A stretch of DNA of 64,000 bases from Armatimonadota bacterium (GTDB lineage: Bacteria > Cloacimonadota > Cloacimonadia > Cloacimonadales > TCS61), in contig JABMPU010000077.1 of the NCBI GenBank assembly GCA_013203665.1, positions 22,471-86,470 of the forward strand, in the 5' to 3' direction. Below are positions 29,640 through 38,331 of the stretch, in pieces. Position 1 is the stretch's first letter; every line of letters starts with the position of its first letter. A program made the translations under genes and the position numbers. Below the pieces are notes generated by a model. That model had not been told where the DNA came from. It ran no database searches and saw nothing but the letters and a program-made list of their open reading frames with translations.

Positions 29640-30191
29640 TTTACCCTCAATTGCGAAATGACTTAAATTTAAAACGACACTGTTTCGCTCACCAGCCGTC
29701 GTCAAGACTATGGCTTGGCAAGCGGGTATTCACAGATATACACAGATAAAAATTGATGAATCTTAAAATCAAAATAAAAGTAAGTAGATTCAAGAAATAT
29801 GTCAATAATTTTAAAAAATGGGGTCCTTCCGACTCCTATGAAGCCGCACTCTAACTTCCTAAAAATAAAGGATTTATAATTTTCATTATAAATGCTGATA
29901 TTTTGCATTATCTCCCGACTTAGCACATGATCTTCGACATGTGCCAAGTCTTACAGAAACTTGTCCTAAGTTCCGGCAGGAATCTTGGGAGAAGTTGATA
30001 CATTTCATCTTAATGGAACTATCAGCTTGCTGATAGCGGGGAAATCGTAAGGAACGACGAGTCGAGACAAAGAATCTACCTCGAGTCGTCGTTGCAAGCT
30101 CCTTACAACTCGAAACAGCTCTTTGTTGTTTTTATTGACACCAAATCATTTGAATTAAAGTTGTATAGCAATATAAATTATGTGAGATAAA

Positions 30192-31193
30192 ATGAAATCT
30201 AAGAAAAAACATTTTGGGAAAAATTTGCTGCTTTTATTTTCAATTATTCTTTTATGTTTGATTATCTGCGAACTTATCGTCAGAGTTTTTATACCTGTAC
30301 GTAATGTTGGTCCGTCTTTTACGGTTTATGATCCTGTATTTGGTAAAACAAATAAAACAGATTTTTCTGCTAAACGCTTTACACCTGAATTTACCATGAA
30401 AATATCTTTTAACTCTCTGGGTTTTCGCGATCCGGAAATTGAATCTATTGGAAATCGAAATATCATTTTTCTGGGAGATTCTTTTACTTTGGGATATGGC
30501 GTAAATGATGATGAAGAATTTCCTGCTCTTATTCGAAAGGATTTTTCCAACGATGACTCTGTAATAAATGCCGGAATGGGTGATAATGGGAATGGACGCT
30601 GGTTGAAATTTCTTAAAACAAAGGCAGAAAAATATAATCCTGAACTAATCGTATTTCAGATCATGGGAAATGACTTCGATGAGAATAAGATAGAAAATCT
30701 TTTCAAAATCTCGTCTTCTGAAGAATTACAGGAACTTAAAGTTGCTCCACCCGGTTTAGCCCGGAAAGTACAAAAAATTGTCGAATTTGTTCCCTTTGTA
30801 CCATATTCTTATTTGATCGGACTTCTAAGACAAGCAAGAATAAAACCGTCGTATAAACCCACAGGAGCAGTAAAAGATAAAATCAATGTCGAGCTTTCTT
30901 ATCGTGAAAAATTAACATTGAAGATTTTGGATGAATGCTTCTCTTTTTGCCAGAAAAAAGAGTGGCAAATGATGATTATTTTAGTCGGAATTTCCGGAAG
31001 AAAGTTTGATGTATTAGAGGACCTATTTGCAAAGTATGACTTTCCAATCATACAAATTCCTTCAAAAAAGGAAAGACCAGAACTATATTACATAATTGAT
31101 GGACACTGGAATAAAGACGGACATATTTACACTGCAAATATTATTTCACAAAACTTAAAACAATCTTTTCCCGAATTTTATTCAAATCCATAA
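30192..31193 (+). CDS. membrane-anchored SGNH/GDSL-family hydrolase
   Basis: N-terminal TM; block I FLGDSFTLGYG; block V-like DGHWNKDGH. Confidence 0.7.
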   Translation: MKSKKKHFGKNLLLLFSIILLCLIICELIVRVFIPVRNVGPSFTVYDPVFGKTNKTDFSAKRFTPEFTMKISFNSLGFRDPEIESIGNRNIIFLGDSFTLGYGVNDDEEFPALIRKDFSNDDSVINAGMGDNGNGRWLKFLKTKAEKYNPELIVFQIMGNDFDENKIENLFKISSSEELQELKVAPPGLARKVQKIVEFVPFVPYSYLIGLLRQARIKPSYKPTGAVKDKINVELSYREKLTLKILDECFSFCQKKEWQMMIILVGISGRKFDVLEDLFAKYDFPIIQIPSKKERPELYYIIDGHWNKDGHIYTANIISQNLKQSFPEFYSNP

Positions 31194-31214
31194 AAATCAT
31201 ATTTGAGGAAGCAA

Positions 31215-31616
31215 ATGGAATATAATAGAAAAATCTTTGGTTATGAGTGCGATATTTACGGACATCTTAATAATGCGATTTATCTGCACATTTATGAAGA
31301 AGCACGTTCAGATGCATTAGACCAGATGGGAATGTCCATACAAAAATTGAACGAAAGAAATATCGGCATTTTCCTGATCAATCTTGAACTTGAATTTATT
31401 AAAGCGATTCAAATGGGAGAAATTATTACAGTTAGTTCTTACATTATCGAATCGACCAGACTGAGAGCAACCTGGAAACAGGAAATATTCAATTCCAAAA
31501 ATGAATTATGCAATCGAGCTATCGTCAAAGGTGTCTTTATCAAAAATACGAAACCCAATCGTTTGCCAAAAGATATTTTTGAACATTTCAACAAATTTAT
31601 TGTAAACACGGATTAA
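31215..31616 (+). CDS. hotdog-fold acyl-CoA thioesterase (YbgC/4HBT-like)
   Basis: ATG 31215 after GAGGAAG; YECDIYGHLNNAIYLHIYEEAR is a typical 4HBT N-terminal motif. Confidence 0.7.
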   Translation: MEYNRKIFGYECDIYGHLNNAIYLHIYEEARSDALDQMGMSIQKLNERNIGIFLINLELEFIKAIQMGEIITVSSYIIESTRLRATWKQEIFNSKNELCNRAIVKGVFIKNTKPNRLPKDIFEHFNKFIVNTD

Positions 31617-31943
31617 TAAATTGACCTTGAAAAGGCTTCTTTCAGAGATTCTTCCCGCTCAGCCCTTTCAAGGTTTCTTTCATAAACCTTTATCGTTTTC
31701 CAACACTGAAAGAGTCAAATGCAAGAACTCTTTCAAGTAGACCTTTTCAATGGTTTTTTCCTTTTCACAAAAGAAGAAAAGCCCAAATTCCGACAGCAAA
31801 AAGCAGAAGAGATCTTTATTCAAAAACCTGAGAGGGATAATGACATTATCCCTCTCTTTGAACTACTGAAAACTTGAGTTAAGTTAACTTTAGATGACTT
31901 GACTTAAGTTTTCTACTTCGCTGAAACATCTCAACTTAACTCA

Positions 31944-31959
31944 TCCGTCAGTTGCCGGA
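31944..31959. repeat. REP-like palindrome TCCGKCAGTTGCCGGA
   Basis: tccgtcagttgccgga lies 32 nt beyond the 3' end of the S8 protease gene. It sits within a block of reiterated acttgagttaagtt/acttgacttaagtt motifs (31861-31975). Confidence 0.55.
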
Positions 31960-31990
31960 TAAGTCAAGTTTCTATTCTGTTTGAATTATC

Positions 31991-34900
31991 TCATTTCAAA
32001 AGCAAACATTTCCTCACAGATTCATCTTTTCCATTCACTTTTAGCTTATAGAAATAAATTCCTGAACCGACTTCCTTCCCGGACGAATCTTTTCCATTCC
32101 AGATTAATTTATGAAATCCTTTTTCAAATACATCTTTTGTTAGTGTTTTTACTTTTTGGCCCTTGATGTTATACACTGTAAGTTCTACTTTGCTTTCTTC
32201 AGGAATTGAGAAAGAAATGGTTGTTTCAGGATTGAACGGATTTGGATAGTTATTATGCAATACACACTTTTGCAATTGAGGTGCATTATTTTGGATATGA
32301 TTACCTGTTATGATTGACTCCAAAAGCAATTGAGTCGTTCTATAATGCGCTTCGAAAGATTCAGGTTGCAAATACATTAACCTGCCTGTTGCTCGTCCGT
32401 TAGCTTCCAGGTATGTATTACCGACATCGATTACTGCATAGCACGAATCTGCATAAGATGGATTATTCAGAATGATATCTTCATAGTGAATTATTGCATC
32501 ATTGTAATCTTCCAATGCTCTATTAACCATAGCTTTGTAATGCAAGAAAAATTCTTGAAGTTCAGTAGATGGTGAAAACGTCAATCTCTCATCGATATAC
32601 AACCCGAAGAGCTCGATATTCCCCAATTCTATATAACATGTAAAAAGACAAGCTATTGATATAGGATCTTCAATTGTCTCGAGACTATCTTCAATTACTT
32701 CTTTAAAAAGATCAGACGCTAAAATATAATCAAAGTTAGAAAGTAAAATACAAGCTTCTTGAAAAACAGTTAAGGTATCTGATCTTCCGCGGACAATATT
32801 TATTTCTCTATCCCAAGGAATAAAAGTTACAAAATCTGCCGGGTCCAAAGTACCGGTTATATATTCATATCCATCACCACCCCACCAATTATGTATTGCC
32901 ATAACTCGCCAATCTAACATTCTAAGTGTCATATTGTAAAGGCTATTATCATAAAGGTTATTATGTCCTGTTTGCAAAGATGGATTTGAATTCCAAACAT
33001 ATATGCCGGTTTGGTTATTATAAAATGAGTTTATGCCATCAGGGGCAAATAACGGAGTTGCGTTATTATGACAGAAAACACCGGTATTATTGTTGTTTAT
33101 AGAATTATATTTTATAATATTAGGGTTAGAAGAATTATAGAAGCGAATACCTACATGGTTGTTTGATATTCTATTAGAATTTAAATTATGCCACCCATAA
33201 TCGTTATAAATCAATCCAGTACATGAATTTTGAATTACTGAATGCTCTATTTCTGAAGTTCTATTATTATTAAAAGTTATGCCATTCCAGTAATTTTTGA
33301 TTTCATTACTGCATAATCCACCGAATCTGATTGAGTCTGCTTCAGTTCCAATACAGTCTAAACCGCCTGGATTAGGCATGTCAGAAATTCCTTTAAAATT
33401 AAAAGATTTAAACTTCTCAAATCTTATTTCAGTTCCTTCTTCTATTGTTAATGTATTACCAGGTAGTATTTTGATGTTTTTATCGATAACTGTGTCATGT
33501 TTTAAGGTGATATTTTCATTGATTTCCTCTGGTAAGGGTTGGTAATAAGAACCTGTATTGCGGGAGTTGTTCAGGTATTGTGAACATTCGGTAATTGAAT
33601 TCGTATTATAACTTAAGGGAAATGCAAATATTTTGCCATCATTAGTTATCAAAACAACATTATTATTGTCATACTCAACAACTTTATCAACTGATAAACT
33701 TACATAATTATCATTCGTTCGCCACTCAGATAATTCAAGCCCAGAATTATCTGTTACAAAGAAGGTGTTCAATCCTAAGAAAAGTAACTCTTGATTGGAG
33801 TTAGAATTTATATCTGATATTGATCTCGAAAAAATATCTGTATCATTAAGATTGAAATTTGGTATTTGTTGACCTGTACAATCGAATAAAAGGACATCCT
33901 GGTTATTTGAAATTAATATTTCTAAACCCGGATTTTCATCAATTATATTTGCAATACAAACCTGATTACGAAAGTATTCATGCATGTCAATATTATCATT
34001 TATCCAGTATGGTATATCGTTTTCATAATGTAATGCTAATATAGTACCAATAGAATTTTCTCTTAATAGTAAAATGATTTCTATCTCACCGTCCTCATCA
34101 ATATCGGCTATTATAGGACCTGAAATTGGAAGTGTTATATGAGAACCATAACTAAATGACCATAATTCGGTTAATTCAAAAGATTCATTTACTTTGAAAA
34201 CTTTTAATTCGTAAGGATAACCAGGATCACCTGTTTTTCTTACTGGTATTAATATTTCCTTAATACCATCTTGATTCACATCTGCAACAGCTAATGGAGT
34301 AATAAATAAATCAAATACTGGCATACCTGTTAACTCTGAACATATATTTTCTTCTAATGGCTCAATTACATAAAGGTAATAATTTGATGATGATGATTCT
34401 AAAGTAGTAAAAATTATTTCCATTCTTCCATCTCCTGTTACATCTTCCAATACTATAGAGTTTTTACATGCCCCGATAATATTTTGAAAAAGATAAATCT
34501 GGTTACCATCTTTATCCCAGACAGATATCTCGCTTTCATCATTACCAACAACATTACCAACAACAATTTCTTTAAAACCATCATTATTAAGGTCAGCAAC
34601 AGCCGGAGTGCATAGAACAGGATTATTTCCAGTATTTAATATTATTGGGAGACCCGGATGATCATAAATATAAACATTACCATTAGATGCTCCAACTATA
34701 ATCTCACTCACATTGTCATTATCTATATCAGTTGTAACTAACTCTGTTGTAATTTCTTCATCTACTCCTAAATCAAGATCTACTAATGGAATATTTGTAT
34801 TAGGATGTACATAGATTCGAAATATAATATCTTTAGGTTGCATATTATTTGCTAAGAGATGAAGAGTAAAATCTACCAATCTTGGTGAACTACTATTATC

Positions 34901-36517
34901 AGTAATAAGAAAAGTATCATTAATGTTGGATTCTATCTCCTCATTACCAATATTTCCCCAGCTTGATAAGTTATCAGAAATTATTATTGATGTATCATCA
35001 GTTGTTAAAACTCCAGTAACATTTTGAGCTTCTATCCACCAGTTTTTTAATTCAATAATGATTTCAGCAGTCTCTCCATATTCAAGAATTCCATCATCTT
35101 CGTCATCTATTGTAATGCTTTGAAGACAAATATTAGGATGTTCATCCTCTATTAAAGCTCTATATGCATTAATTCTTCCGGAACCCATCTTACCAAGATA
35201 TTCATTATTAATCTCGTAAATATCATCGGAAGTTCCAAGAATCCTTCCTCTTATTTCATCACTGGTTATTTCAGGAAAGTGAGATTTTATTAATGCTGCT
35301 AAACCAGATACATATGGTGCTGCCATTGAAGTACCTGCCATATATCCATAATTCATTTCTATATATTCATCTTCACCTGGTTCAAAATTTGCATGATAAT
35401 AAAAATTTGAATAGTGAGGGGTTGTAGAAAGAATATTTTCTGGTCTATTATAAGGAAAATCATACCCACCAGGCGCTGAAATATCAGTCCAATAACCATA
35501 TGTAGAGAAACCGGATATTTCATCTGAATCAATAGTAGAAACAACACCTATCACTTCATCATGAGATGCTGGATAATTAGGTACTTCATTGGGGGTATTC
35601 CCTGCTGATGCTATAAGCATGATTCCTAAACCATCAGCATATTGTATCTGTTCATAAACAAGTTGAGAAAAATCCGGACCACCCAAACTCATGTTGATTA
35701 TATCAGAACCATTCTCTGCTGACCATTTAATTGCTCGTGCGATAAAATAATGTGATGTAAATCCGCTTGAAGTAAAAATTTTTACAGGCATTATTTTAAC
35801 ACCACCGCTTTGGTTCCAACCCCCTGCTAAACCAGCTACACCAATAATATTGTTGGTTACTGCAGCAAATATACCGGAAACATGTGTTCCGTGCCCCCTT
35901 TCATCAAAAGGTGTAAAAGGAAAATCAGGATCTCTAAAGTTTCTTCCAATTACATTATTATTTTCATCTTTTAGGATGTTATTATCCAAATCAGGATGAG
36001 GATCATCAAAACTTGGAATGGGTATTTCATCAGGATCACCCAAATCGATTCCACTGTCAATGACTCCCACAATAATCTCTTCACTACCAGTTTCAATATC
36101 CCATGCATCTTCAGCTTGGATTTTAGTTAATGCCCATTGATATGAATATAGTTCATCATCAGGTGCTTCAAACAATTGATAAATAAATGAAGGTTCTGCA
36201 ATTAATACTTCAGCTTGATATTCAAAATCATTCTTAACATCATTAACTTCAAAATTCTCGGGAAATTCCAAATGAAACCACTGGTTATGGGGTGGATTAT
36301 CTGATTGAAGAATCTGTTCGAGTTCATCTATCTGATATTCTTCGGATAAATCGTTAAACCAATTTTGTTCGGTAACTATAATTCCATTATTTATGTATAT
36401 TGTTTCAAATGGCGTTTGGACTTTGATGTTTAATTCTCCTTCAAAATAATTCTCTCCAATTAATTGGATACCAATTAATAAGAAAGTTACGGTATAAACT
36501 AAAACTGCTCTTTTCAT
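31991..36517 (-). CDS. secreted multidomain subtilisin-like (S8) serine protease with T9SS C-terminal sorting domain
   Basis: Start ATG 36517 (MKRAVLVYTVTFLLIG signal peptide, AAAGGAG Shine-Dalgarno). Catalytic motifs are D (VGVIDSGID), H (HGTHVSG) and S (GTSMAAPYVSG). FG-GAP/VCBS-like repeats (DINNDGFKEIV, DVNQDGIKEIL, DIDEDGEIEII). Beta-helix-like N-rich repeats, and C-terminal YPNPFNPETTISF...GIYFYKL...KCLLLK. Confidence 0.85.
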   Translation of the reverse strand: MKRAVLVYTVTFLLIGIQLIGENYFEGELNIKVQTPFETIYINNGIIVTEQNWFNDLSEEYQIDELEQILQSDNPPHNQWFHLEFPENFEVNDVKNDFEYQAEVLIAEPSFIYQLFEAPDDELYSYQWALTKIQAEDAWDIETGSEEIIVGVIDSGIDLGDPDEIPIPSFDDPHPDLDNNILKDENNNVIGRNFRDPDFPFTPFDERGHGTHVSGIFAAVTNNIIGVAGLAGGWNQSGGVKIMPVKIFTSSGFTSHYFIARAIKWSAENGSDIINMSLGGPDFSQLVYEQIQYADGLGIMLIASAGNTPNEVPNYPASHDEVIGVVSTIDSDEISGFSTYGYWTDISAPGGYDFPYNRPENILSTTPHYSNFYYHANFEPGEDEYIEMNYGYMAGTSMAAPYVSGLAALIKSHFPEITSDEIRGRILGTSDDIYEINNEYLGKMGSGRINAYRALIEDEHPNICLQSITIDDEDDGILEYGETAEIIIELKNWWIEAQNVTGVLTTDDTSIIISDNLSSWGNIGNEEIESNINDTFLITDNSSSPRLVDFTLHLLANNMQPKDIIFRIYVHPNTNIPLVDLDLGVDEEITTELVTTDIDNDNVSEIIVGASNGNVYIYDHPGLPIILNTGNNPVLCTPAVADLNNDGFKEIVVGNVVGNDESEISVWDKDGNQIYLFQNIIGACKNSIVLEDVTGDGRMEIIFTTLESSSSNYYLYVIEPLEENICSELTGMPVFDLFITPLAVADVNQDGIKEILIPVRKTGDPGYPYELKVFKVNESFELTELWSFSYGSHITLPISGPIIADIDEDGEIEIILLLRENSIGTILALHYENDIPYWINDNIDMHEYFRNQVCIANIIDENPGLEILISNNQDVLLFDCTGQQIPNFNLNDTDIFSRSISDINSNSNQELLFLGLNTFFVTDNSGLELSEWRTNDNYVSLSVDKVVEYDNNNVVLITNDGKIFAFPLSYNTNSITECSQYLNNSRNTGSYYQPLPEEINENITLKHDTVIDKNIKILPGNTLTIEEGTEIRFEKFKSFNFKGISDMPNPGGLDCIGTEADSIRFGGLCSNEIKNYWNGITFNNNRTSEIEHSVIQNSCTGLIYNDYGWHNLNSNRISNNHVGIRFYNSSNPNIIKYNSINNNNTGVFCHNNATPLFAPDGINSFYNNQTGIYVWNSNPSLQTGHNNLYDNSLYNMTLRMLDWRVMAIHNWWGGDGYEYITGTLDPADFVTFIPWDREINIVRGRSDTLTVFQEACILLSNFDYILASDLFKEVIEDSLETIEDPISIACLFTCYIELGNIELFGLYIDERLTFSPSTELQEFFLHYKAMVNRALEDYNDAIIHYEDIILNNPSYADSCYAVIDVGNTYLEANGRATGRLMYLQPESFEAHYRTTQLLLESIITGNHIQNNAPQLQKCVLHNNYPNPFNPETTISFSIPEESKVELTVYNIKGQKVKTLTKDVFEKGFHKLIWNGKDSSGKEVGSGIYFYKLKVNGKDESVRKCLLLK

Positions 36518-36528
36518 GATTTTCTCCT

Positions 36529-37530
36529 TTATTTTAATAATAGGCATTTGCCTGTTTGGATTTGAGTTTCGGTTTTTATCCTGTAAAAATAGATACCGGA
36601 ACTTTGTTTTGTCGCATTCCATTCTACGGAATGCATTCCTGCACTTTGACATTCATTTACAAGTGTTTCAATTAACTGTCCTTTGATATTGTAGATTTGA
36701 AGTTTAATTGCTCCCGGATTAGCAATTTGATAGGATATTTTTGTCTTTGGATTGAAAGGATTTGGGTAGTTTTCTATAATTATCATATCATTAGCAAATT
36801 CTGTTATGTACTCTTCAATTACATAAGTAGAATCAGATAAATAAAATAGTAATGAAGGTTTATGAGCTAAATTTGGTGTTACATTACATATTTGAATATA
36901 ATCATACAGACTATCACCATCGGTATTGATTTCAAATCCTATTCTAAACTGAGATTTATTTCTTTCATTTTCAATGTCATTTATAACCTGGTTAGTTACA
37001 TCAACAATGATATAACCTGTTTCTGGGCTATAGACTTCAAGGCTTATGAAAGCACATTTTGTTTCCAGGGTCTGTGGATCACCATAATCACCGGCAGTCC
37101 AATCTCCAATATCAAGAGAATAGCCAAAATCTACGTGATCGACACAGCATTTTATCGTATCTCCGCCAGGGATATCCCAAACCGGCCATTCTCCAAAAAT
37201 GTCATTTCCTACTAGATAATTTTCGTGTGTCCATAATCTCAATTTTATTGAATCCGGTTCACTTCCAATACTTAAACTATCTAATATAAAAGTCAGATAT
37301 GACCTAAAAACTGCATTTGGCACATATGGTGGTATCCAGGGCATACCGGTATCACCCATAATTAATGCAAGAAAATCAACTTGAAGTTCATAGTTGTAAT
37401 TGAAGTTACTTATCTCACCTGTCAATGGTGTTCCTGCTACAAAAATTGTATCAACAATTGTTTCTTGAGCGTGAATAAAGACTAAAGAAAAAAGAGTAAA
37501 GACTAAAATAACGATGGTTTTTGAATTCAT
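36529..37530 (-). CDS. secreted protein with T9SS C-terminal sorting domain, function unknown
   Basis: Start ATG 37530 (MNSKTIVILVFTLFSLVFIHA, GGAGG Shine-Dalgarno). C-terminal NYPNPFNPKTKISYQI...GIYFYRIKTE...GKCLLLK. Confidence 0.75.
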   Translation of the reverse strand: MNSKTIVILVFTLFSLVFIHAQETIVDTIFVAGTPLTGEISNFNYNYELQVDFLALIMGDTGMPWIPPYVPNAVFRSYLTFILDSLSIGSEPDSIKLRLWTHENYLVGNDIFGEWPVWDIPGGDTIKCCVDHVDFGYSLDIGDWTAGDYGDPQTLETKCAFISLEVYSPETGYIIVDVTNQVINDIENERNKSQFRIGFEINTDGDSLYDYIQICNVTPNLAHKPSLLFYLSDSTYVIEEYITEFANDMIIIENYPNPFNPKTKISYQIANPGAIKLQIYNIKGQLIETLVNECQSAGMHSVEWNATKQSSGIYFYRIKTETQIQTGKCLLLK

Positions 37531-37541
37531 GATCGCCTCCT

Positions 37542-37870
37542 TTATTTTATTAATAGGCATTTGCCTGTTGCTGTTTGAGTTCCGGTTTTTATCCTGTAAA
37601 AATAAATACCGGAACTTTTATTTTCTGCATTCCAGATAACGGAATGTTTTCCTTCTCTTTGACATTCATTTACAATTGTTTCAATACATCAATTTGTAGG
37701 GTAACATTCAAATCTACAAAAGCTTGAGCATTACAGATAGCGATAGTATTAAGTTCTAATTTCGATAAGAACTCTGAAGTTTCCTTAATTGCGAAAAGAT
37801 TTACTAAGATGATGAATAGAATAATAATGATTTTAAATTGATTTTTGAATTTCATATATTCCTCCCACAA
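37542..37870 (-). pseudogene. decayed T9SS-cargo gene (signal peptide ORF plus out-of-frame CTD remnant)
   Basis: The 66-aa ORF begins with a signal-like MKFKNQFKIIIILFIILVNLFA and stops at 37670. A different frame of 37542-37685 then encodes CIETIVNECQREGKHSVIWNAENKSSGIYFYRIKTGTQTATGKCLLIK, which parallels the tail of the neighbouring gene. Confidence 0.65.
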
Positions 37871-38331
37871 GATTTTAAATAATGTGGGACGATTTTTATT
37901 ACAACCATTTAAAGCAAAAATTGATGAAAAGTGTCAAGAAGTATTTTTATTTCAAGAATTTAAATGATAAAAAATTAGAAAAGTAGTTACTTTTATTACA
38001 CAGGGTTAAATAATTTAGATTGGCTTAATACCTGAAAAAGTGTGAAAATATACGATTTGTATTTGGGGAAATTGTATACCAAATGACACAGAAAAAAAGT
38101 TCGGGGTGGGAGTTGCGAATTGCAACTTGAGAAAACGTTTTCAATATTCCCGGGTGAAACACGGCAACCAAAGGACATCTTTTCCTAAATAAAGATTCAG
38201 GATGATATTTTTCATTCAATCTTCAATATATAATTTTTGCAACTTGAAAAATAAATTACTTGTCTATATTTCAGACAATTTTTCTTTAGAGCAGATTTTT
38301 TTATAAAAAACTCTGATAAAGGATTTTTAAG

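Noticed and set aside
29708-29947. 79-aa minus-strand ORF upstream of the SpoU methyltransferase gene.
   Set aside because: No Shine-Dalgarno, and its 3' part is the cacagatatacacagat repeat (translated ...ICEYPLAKP). It is more likely non-coding repeat-containing DNA.
37996-38219. Two overlapping 60-64-aa minus-strand ORFs upstream of the NifS-SelD gene; also checked for tRNA-Sec or a structured element (agttgcgaattgcaact palindrome at ~38111).
   Set aside because: No Shine-Dalgarno or conserved motif. The palindrome has a 5-nt loop and no surrounding tRNA-like arms, so the evidence is insufficient for any RNA or protein call.
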